DNA of 59,273 nucleotides. Origin: Hydrolagus affinis (lineage: Eukaryota). The DNA lies in assembly GCA_012026655.1 (NCBI GenBank), contig JAAILG010000233.1, forward strand, positions 62,001 through 121,273, given 5' to 3'. Made by a program: the position numbers and the translations under genes. Every line of letters starts with the position of its first letter. The first letter of the stretch is position 1. The notes under the pieces were generated by a model. That model was given only the letters and a program-made list of their open reading frames with translations, was not told where the DNA came from and ran no database searches. This document shows, piece after piece, positions 50,691-59,273 of the stretch.

Positions 50691-51877
50691 TCAAGGAGAC
50701 ATCCTTACAATTTGTCTTTATTCTGATTGAATGGCACACCTGTGGCTCTGTAATCTGACTCTCCTTGTAAATGTTCCCTTTAAGGTCATTTGACTGTTTG
50801 CCTCTGTCACTTTATCCTGGATAGTATATCTCTACCTTGTTCAGCTATTTTTTTCATGAAGTTCTCAGGTGTGGCCCACATGTAGGGCACTTAGCGCACT
50901 CGAGCAGTCATAGTTCTCTGGGTGACTCTAAGCTGATGGAGCCCAGAACAATGAATTGTTTTGTGGTGGGAACAACATGTTAGGTGCAGTGATTAAATAT
51001 GACACAGTCATATATCAAAAATAATTCTGTTTGTTACAGTGGAGGATTGGGTTCAAAAAAACAGCATAGGTAATGGATGTCATTTGTTCAAGATGAAAAA
51101 TGAGAACAACAGTGTCAAAAAGGATAGCAATATAGACATTGATTTCCTGGCTTGGCACCATAGTCCTATTAAATTCCATTCTCGATAATTAAAGTTGAAT
51201 AATATGTTCTACAGAAGGGGATACACTTCATTTTATATTAATTCCTACTACTATATGGACTGTTTTCTTTTAAATAAAAGACTAAGTACTTTCAGTGTAA
51301 GGTACATTTTAATTGAATTTGCTGTATATATCTCAGTGTCCTTTCATTTTGGAGAAATACTTAGCTGAAGGCTTTCTCTATGGAGTTCAGTTGAGAGACA
51401 TTTCAATCAAATGGAAATAAAGGAGACATGGTCTACCGATGCTAAACAGTGGGATCCTCATGGTGTAGATTTGCTGACTGGCATTGATTTCAACATCACT
51501 GGTCTGCTTATAGAATAATTAGGAGCTACTGTTTCCTTCCAATGGAATGCATATAAGCTTTGCTGTTTTCATAGCTCTTTAATGAAGAACTTCTCTGAAA
51601 GGAAAGATAGCTGCTAAAGTGGAATGATGTGGAACACACAAAGAGATACGTCGTTTACGTTGGAAGTACTTACAACTACAGTTACCTTCCTTAATTTTGC
51701 TACAATCGGTCTTTCCTTGGGGCTAGTAACAGCTCACTTACTGCAATCTGGTCTTCTTTCAGAACCTGTTGGACCAACTCTTAGAATTGTGTTGTGGAGT
51801 GTAGTGACTGTATTCCTTGTAATGTTATTGAGTCAGCACTGCATGTGTTGTACTGCGCGTCACTGGCTAACATTCTT

Positions 51878-51975
51878 GTCAGCGCCTTGGGACGTCCTCC
51901 TGGTGTGAAAGGCGTTATACAAATGTAACTTTGTTGTTCCCAGCGCCTTGGGATGTCCTCCTGACGTGAAAACAT
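51878..51975 (+). mobile_element. two tandem L2 terminal stem-loops
   Basis: cagcgccttgggacgtcctcctggtgtgaaaggcgttatacaaatgtaactttgttgtt then cagcgccttgggatgtcctcctgacgtgaaa. Confidence 0.85.
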
Positions 51976-52231
51976 TCAGCTTGTGTCATCTTTCATTCAT
52001 AATCATGTCCTCTGGCTCTCCTTTCCTCCCTTTGTCAACTTCTACAAGATCATTTGGCCATTAATGCCTTCTGAAAATCCAAATGTATAACACACACTAG
52101 ACTATTCTTGTGGACCAATCTGTTCCAACATGTCTTTTTAGGCATTACTTAAGTTTCATAAACCAGTGTAACCTGGAATTATCGCCTTTACATTTATTAC
52201 ATGCGCTTGGATGAATTCCTTTAAAATATAC

Positions 52232-52336
52232 AAACAGGAGTAGGCCATTTAGCCCCTCGAGCCTGTTCCACCATTCTATAAGATCATGGCTGATCTGTAT
52301 CTCAACTGTGTTTACCAACCCTTGTCCCATATCGCT
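52232..52336 (-). mobile_element. CR1 (HER1/HE1-type) 3' UTR
   Basis: Reverse complement gatcagccatgatcttatagaatggtggaacaggctcgaggggctaaatggcctactcctgt. Confidence 0.88.

Positions 52337-52376
<40 letters not shown>
52337..52376 (+). repeat. (TAAC)10 microsatellite
   Basis: Ten perfect TAAC units. Confidence 0.97.
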
Positions 52377-52394
52377 AGAATCATAAATATGACT

Positions 52395-52830
52395 TTTTTT
52401 TTGCAAAACAAGGATCGACATTATCTATTTCCTAATATCCTGATATGACTATTTCAATTAATGAGTTGCAAAATATTCCAGGCTCAGCTCCCCCTACTTC
52501 TACTCTAATTTTCTTAAATATTAATGGATGAGTTCCATCAAGTCACATTTTCTAATGAATATTCAAACACTTCATTTTTTAATCTCCACTTCATTACCGA
52601 TCTCTATTTTCTCGAAAAAAAAGCTAATGCATCTCTTACCCCTCCAAATACTGGAAAGGTTATACCACCAATTGCTGTAATGAACACTATTTTATTTCTT
52701 TTTAAATTCCCTTCCAACTACCGATCTTGTGTTTTTACGAGGCCTCAATTGTCCTTTGATAATTTGTCTGTAATGAATATATCTTCAAACTTTTCTTCTA
52801 ATTCTTTAACTGATCCCAACAGATACTTAT
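52395..52830 (-). mobile_element. CR1 ORF2 relic (region before the RT core)
   Basis: DGTHPLIFKKIRVEVGGAEPGIFCNSLIEIVISGY*EIDNVDPCFAKK at 52395-52540 matches DGIHPRILKE....LA.IFQNSL..G.VP.DW..ANV.P.FKK; upstream extent uncertain. Confidence 0.65.
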
Positions 52831-53463
52831 TAAATTTGTGTCTGCTGCTTTTGTTGGAAATCTGTGTCACACACCCTCTACTCAGGGGAGATGTAGGAAA
52901 ATTCTTTTCACTTCTCATATGGTTTGAGGATTGTTCATTTAAATCTACTCTAGTTCTGCACTTATGGACTAAATGTACTCCTGTGGAATTCACTGATGTT
53001 GAACTTGTATTATGTACCATAGTACCACTGTGTACCACTGTAGCACTATACATCACTGCACCACTCTTGCTTTTAGCGCTCTGCACCACTCCAATGCCAA
53101 TTAAAAGAAAAAAAATTATGCTGTTTGATCCCCAAGAAGAATTTAATTAATCAAGTCAACTCCCTTACTGATTTGAACTGTCAGCGGGAAATTTTTTAAT
53201 AATTGACTGGTCTTTGGAGCTTAATCAATGTAAGTTTTTTTTTCTGGGACGTGAATGATTTGCACAGTGAACTGTGTGAAAAAATAGCTGTAAGTAAGAA
53301 CTAATATTGTTCAAGTAATTAAAAAGTAACTGGGCAATGCTGGTAATTAGAATGTTATTTTGGAGCTTAATTACCCAACAAAATCCATATGACTTAGAGA
53401 AGGTATATGAGCTGGAGACAAAAAAACATTGTGGTTTGTTCATATTTTTACTCTGGTACTACC

Positions 53464-53612
53464 ATCAACAACAACAAAATTACACTTGTATAGCGCCTTT
53501 CACATCAGGAGGACGTCCCAAGGCACTGGACAGATACTGCTTCAGACCTGTGCTGGGTGGGGGGGGAGGAGTTGCTGACGAGTCCATCGAAGAGGAGAGT
53601 CTTGAGGCGAGA
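53464..53612 (-). mobile_element. L2 3' end
   Basis: caacaacaacaaaattacacttgtatagcgcctttcacatcaggaggacgtcccaaggcactg; reverse complement also gives RLKTLLFD. Confidence 0.82.
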
Positions 53613-55934
53613 TATATTGGTTTTGCACCAATAATCTTATACAAACCCAGTGCATTGATGTGTGGACTTGCATTGTGCGCCACTGGCATTATATACCACT
53701 GTAGCTTTTAGAAATACCACGTATATCACGTATACCACGCAGGTATAAAAAGAGTACATATTACATGCTTTAGTGATCTAAGACGTTAAATTATAACTGT
53801 CGTTGTTTCCTTAGTTCATTTATTTTACAATACAATATGAATGCCAGCCAGTCTTTATTATTGTGAAATGATCAGATGGTGACAAACACAGTGAATCAAT
53901 GCGTTGTAACACATTGTTGCATTGATTAACTTTATAATTTAATGTCACTTAAAACAATATTTTCTCAAACCTTGAGTCATATTTTAAAGTGCTGAAGATC
54001 AGTTTGATTGGATTGTGGCCTTCTGGCATGGTGTATAGTTTTGTCAAAATGTCACTGTACTGTGATGTGTTGAAACAATACTCAAACAGTGCAGAAAAAT
54101 TGTCTCTTCACTTATTTGGCAGAAAAGCAACTCAATGTAAGTTTTTTTTCATATATGTTGTTCATTTAATGAGCGCAAATGACGTAAACAGAAGTAAAAT
54201 GAGTTAAAATCATTCCGTTAAGAATGTACTGAAAGAAATGAAAAGAGCCGGAGACTTGATCCAAAAGATCTTAAACATTGCCCCGTTCTGCAGCATCTCC
54301 ATCCAATAAGTTCCCTCAGGCCTCAAGGCTACTTGATGCAGTCAGTGAAGTGCAATGAAAGCTGTTCATAACGTTGGACTGTCACTCACTTTGCACAAAT
54401 AATAGTACCTATTGCAGGAATCGGCAATACTCCCTTGAAGGAAAGTGCACAAATCACTAGCACTTTCCACATTCCCATACTTTATTCGCAATCTATCCTG
54501 TGAGTTTTTATTCCATCTGCTTCATGCAAGTAAATGTTGGAAAGTTTATTCAGGAAAAAAAACTTTAGTTCTCTGAAGGGGCTAATGGAGGTTTCAGCTT
54601 CTTCCTGATACAACCTGTTATTCCTGTCTTCCTTTGGGATTGTGATTGACTGCAGTCCGGTATTTCCTGATCGCAGGTGCCTGGAGGTAATAACTTCTCA
54701 GTTCTGCTGCTAAGGATCATTACCTGATATTATTAGTACATTAAAGGCAATCGATAGATTTTAATTTTTTGGTGACACAATTCCCTCAGCAGAATTATAG
54801 CAAGGTATTCAAGTGCTGCAATAATGAGTATATTGACTTCGGTCTTGCATAAATCACTGAACACAATCTAGTTAGAATGAAGCTTACCGATACCCTGACC
54901 TGAATATGTCCAAATTTAAAATATGCAATACTGACCCGTAATCCTTCCAATATTCAAACCCAATATCTCATAGACGTGATTGTGTGCTTTAATCGCATAT
55001 CACAGCAGAAATGTAACTTTATGCTATTTGAGATTTTGCATTTCAAAATTAAAATGAAGCAGAGGTCACGTGTGAAACAATTTTGCTTTCTTTAAATATC
55101 CTAATACATTCAAAGCCATATTATACAGAATAATGAAGAAATTCTATGACAGACTTCAGAGGGTAATGCTAGGTCATGCTACAATAATAGTGTCTGTGTA
55201 GTGATCTATTTTACGTTCTGGAGAGAAAAGGTTAGAAGTAATATGTACATTGCTTTTACAGAAAATAATTACGAACACACATTCCTACAGGTTTTCATTT
55301 TGTTTTCAATTTTTTAGTTATAAAATTAATCCCTATTATTTTAAAAATGAACTTTCTGCAAGACACTACATCATAATTTTAAGTACAATCAACATAAAAA
55401 AGAAATCAATTAAAATACAATCACTTTTGAACTTTTTCATCTCCCTTGGCTGTTTTAATTTAAAAGGTTCGGCTCTTACAAGGTCACTGACTTTAAATTT
55501 AATTTCTTTTTCTACACACATACAGCTGTGTTATCAAGCACACAGCAGGGAATAATTATCTTACAACATCATTAGAGACTGCAAAGAATCACCCATCCAG
55601 AATGATGAAGACCACGGCAAATGCCTGTAAATACATCTAATATATAGCCCCATTTAGACCGCAGGAACTCCAATAAAATGCACCACAGAGATGGGGATCC
55701 AAGTCGCTCCATTTCCACAACAATCATGCAATGTAATTCAGAAAATCTCAACGCAGTACAATAAGGTATCATATATCTTGTGACCCAACTGTTTGCATGA
55801 GCAACATTGATGCCCACATAGTAGAAGACCAACACTAAAACAATAGCTGTACTAGGTAGACTGATGAAAATCACTGATGGGATAGATATACTGGCATTGA
55901 ATTAGTATAACACTAATGCTTTATGTAAATTAAT

Positions 55935-56715
55935 ATCCCACCTCCAACCTTGCCTCTCCAAGGTGCTGGGATATGCTGTCAGTTTTCCTCCTTTCTCTCC
56001 CATCACTTCCTCTAGGAATCCCTTCAAACTGGCTTTCTGCTCTACCCATAGCACAGAGATGGCCCCAACAACAACAACAAATTACATTTATAGAGCGCCT
56101 TTCACGTCGGGAGGACGTCCCAAGGCCCCAGTCAATCTTGATACAATATCCTTCAATCTAGAACCAGAGCTTCTGTGCCTCCTTGACCTCTTTGATCTCT
56201 GTCACTTTTGATAACCAGGCATGGGTGTCCCTGAAGCACACCCATGCCTCTGCACTTTATCTCCTCCAAAGACTTCTCCTCCTGCCCCCTAATGGTCACG
56301 TGTGGTCAAGTCTTGAATGTTAATAATCTCCAAACTGACATTGACAAAACTGAGGCTTTTCTGCTCAGCTCCCATCTTCTCATTTCAGACATGTATTCAA
56401 CCTTCCCGGTTGCTTCCTCCAACTCGTGGAGCATGACCAGAACATAACTGATCTTAATGATCTTTAACTTTCCTTCAACTGTCTAACCAAGACAGCTTTC
56501 TACCATCTGTGCAACATTGTGCATCTCCACCACAGCCTCATCACTAGTGTTGTCAATTCCTTCTCCTCCAGACATGACCTCTCCAGTGCCATGTTCTCCA
56601 GGCTCCCTACCCAAGTTCCATATCAACCTGAACTCTGCAATTCAAGTCATCCTTCACAGTTATCTCGATGTCTTCAAATAGTGTTCTCAAGTAGGTATTT
56701 ATCCTTTCTTTTAAC
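55935..56715 (+). mobile_element. L2 ORF2 relic with many internal deletions and an antisense L2 tail (56067-56128)
   Basis: Ordered motifs PTSNLA.SKVL, QTGFLL/STHSTEMA, LLDL.FD, IDKTEAFLL, TKTAFYHLCNI, SSRHDLSSAMFSRLP (cf. TSRLDYSNALLAGLP). Confidence 0.8.
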
Positions 56716-59102
56716 CAATTAACTTACATTACTCTGTATTCTGAATTTGCATAAGCTGTTAATTATTGTAGACTTGTTTTTGTTCCTGTTTTTAGACCAG
56801 TAAGCAATAGCACAGTCATAATGCATTGTGTTTAGTCTACTCTCTTGTGATTACTCTGATGGCCGTTGATGAAAGCATCATCCTACACATTACAAGCCCA
56901 TACAGGTAAAAATCAAGCAGAGATGTGGAACTGATGCTAATATGTTTCAGGAATGCAATCTTAAATATTTTAGGTAATGCATACACCTTGTATCTATGTA
57001 AGAATATCCTCTTTTGAACACCTCTAACACCAAAGTAAACAGTACAACTAATTTTTCCCACCACTCAAGGTGCAATTAATTTACCCCAAATGATTTCCAT
57101 TCATTGGTGCTTGAGTTCATGTTATTGCCACTGAAAGAAAAGTCTACTTTATGCCAAGCACTTTGGATTGCACTTAGCAAGGACTTGTTTGTGCCAATAC
57201 AAACAGCGTGGATAAACTCTTGCTGATGTTTTGACTGAACTGTAACTTGAATTCAATATCTGTTGATGTAAGTCTGCCTTTTAGCATATTAAATCACATT
57301 CTGTTATAATAAAGCCCCTTCATCCAACCCCAACCAGCGCCATTGGCTGCACACTGTTGTGTTAAGGGTGCTGGAGCAGGGGCCCCTCTCAGTTTTTCCT
57401 CCTGAGGCTGATTAAGTGTTTAGTTTTCACTTTAAGCAACATTTTTTCTTGAAAACAAGAAACCACTTACTCAGCTCCCTCTTGTACATCTGATGGTACC
57501 ACTCAACAAAAATACTGGTCTGCAGACAATATCCCACATTGGCTTGTGCCACAGCAAAAATACTTACTGTGTACACAAGACTGTGGTCTGGAGTTAGCAT
57601 TGATTTCATATTTCAAGAAACAAAATGTATGATGTGTGATTTGCAAATTAATCTTAGAAAGATAGCCAGCCAGAAACGTTATAAAATCTTCCTTTAATAT
57701 CATACCTAGGTTTATATATTGGATTTGTGCCTCAATCGGTGATTTACATTATACACGTCAATGGAAGGTCTCAAAACCCTGGGGAAATTAATGCTTTGAG
57801 GAGAATTTTTAACAATGCAAATAAATTGCTGCAACATTTTTTTAAAATGAAATTTATATCATACAAAAATAAATTATAGCAGATGTGCAGCCAGTTAAAA
57901 CATATGAAGCTGCCCTCTGGCAGCAAAAGAGCCAAAGCCCCAAACCTCCATACATTCATAATTCAAAACTGCAACACAAGTCAGAACCTAACCTGATACC
58001 TAGCATAAAAATGTTGCAGGTGCAAACGTTGACATACACCTTTTGTAGAAAGGTTCTGCAAAATATTCGAAGTCTACATGCGTAATCCTCTTCCAATAAA
58101 CGCAATCACAGCCCCTCAACAGAACGCTTTATGATTTATATACACAGCCGTGAATCTTGTTTGTGTTGATTTAAGGAACTTGAAAATCAGTGGATCCCAA
58201 ACTAAAGGGACTAAATTATTTTCAGGCACATTCTCTTGCATCCAGTTATATCCGAATGTATATGACCCCTTCTTCCCCTGAGGCTGTTGCCACTTCCATC
58301 TCCTGGGTCAGAATTTACCTCTCAAAACCAACACTGTCCATTCTATAGAATTGCAATCAGTATGAAAGTCAGCAGCAATGCCTACGGTTCACTTGATGCT
58401 TTCAAAACTACAGATTAGCTAGTGCTAATTCTACTCCTACATTGATGTATGTGAAATGGCTGTTTTTTGACTCAAAACATTTTTTTAACCAGTAAATAAA
58501 TGTTGCTCCTTTTTTTCTGAATGTAAATCTTGTTGCTTTGTTTTCGCACCAAGTAGTCTAGTGCTGTGTTGAGCTTTGAAATGACTGTGATACAACATCT
58601 TACTGAATTAAGGACACACCTAAACTGCATTGTTATACAGTTATTCTCCTTGAAGTAGGTAAGTTTGTTCCATGTACAGGTATGGCCATTGCTCAATTAG
58701 ATTTTACCTGAAAATTGTTGCAGTATTGCTAACATATTTACCAGGTATGCTGATGATTCTAGCCCTTTATAACTGCTGCAGTCTTGGCCCATTCCAACGT
58801 CATCTGAAAATCAATTGAGCACAATCAATCATTTGTCAATATTCCCAAGATTGGTTCAGATCATGAAGGCCCTTTGGCCTATTTGATCTCCTGCTTCCAG
58901 AATACCCACCCGACTACCATCTTCCCATCACAACAGCAAGCGGTTTATATTAAATGATAATCGAATGGAGTGTTTGCACATTGACTGTAAATATTTAACT
59001 TCCTTTTATGTTGTTGCTCTCAAAAGGTGGAAATGGAGATGTACTAGTGATTCTTTAATTCCATTGTTTTAATCATTTTAAAACTTCTTTTGGGACTATT
59101 TT

Positions 59103-59273
59103 CCTCACCTCCGCTCCCTCAAAAGCCAAGTGAGAGCAGTTGAACGTACCTGGCTCAAATCTGGCCTCACGGTCCACCGGCAAATCTGGCTGGATCGCAT
59201 CAAATTTTACCGCTCTGCCCTAGCCACCGCCAAATCAGCCTTCTATTCCAGGATAATCCTGGAAGCGAAGGAC
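59103..59273 (+). mobile_element. young L2 LINE ORF2, 5'-truncated, running off the window
   Basis: 57 uninterrupted codons PHLRSLKSQVRAVERTWLKSGLTVHRQIWLDRIKFYRSALATAKSAFYSRIILEAKD, typical of the L2 linker between endonuclease and RT; abrupt rise in GC and CpG. Confidence 0.88.

Noticed and set aside
51878-51975. Repeat-spacer-repeat pattern suggestive of CRISPR
   Set aside because: Two L2 tails in tandem; eukaryotic context, no cas genes
52524-53150. Longest ORF (208 aa, +) and overlapping 114-aa minus ORF
   Set aside because: Antisense to a purine-rich CR1 relic plus a tandem array; low-complexity composition and no recognisable domain
53575-53600. ctgacgag-tcc..gga, hammerhead-like start
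   Set aside because: No CGAAA core; lies in an L2 3' UTR. The other CTGANGA sites I checked also lack stem II plus GAAA
53640-53654. 15-bp reverse-complement match to the loop region of the 29449 hairpin
   Set aside because: A few 15-mer matches are expected by chance within 59 kb; flanks do not align
57909-57925. CTCF-like motif tgctgccagagggcagc on the minus strand
   Set aside because: Single imperfect match, unsupported without binding or conservation data

Overview
AT-rich eukaryotic DNA with no recognisable intact protein-coding gene, rRNA, true tRNA or CRISPR array. It reads as a large intron or gene desert. The repeat content (tRNA-headed Deu-domain SINEs with LINE2-type tails, shark-type CR1 3' ends, L2 and L1 reverse-transcriptase relics) points to a cartilaginous fish, plausibly a chimaera; this is an inference from repeat families recalled from memory, not a database result. 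The supplied ORFs are chance ORFs or retroelement remnants. Between repeats lie several TAAT-rich, repeat-free blocks that resemble vertebrate conserved non-coding elements. The most unusual signals are: (1) a ~355-bp unit at 29429-29784 with three consecutive hairpins, one with a perfect 16-bp stem, bounded by a 12-bp inverted repeat; (2) a candidate 6-nt microexon at 11470-11475 with upstream RBFOX motifs; (3) two SINE copies carrying inverted duplications of their own 5' ends (14282-14332 and 50222-50499); (4) several other hairpins and exon-like segments. I cannot demonstrate a new biological system from sequence alone; these are leads. Repeat boundaries are approximate.
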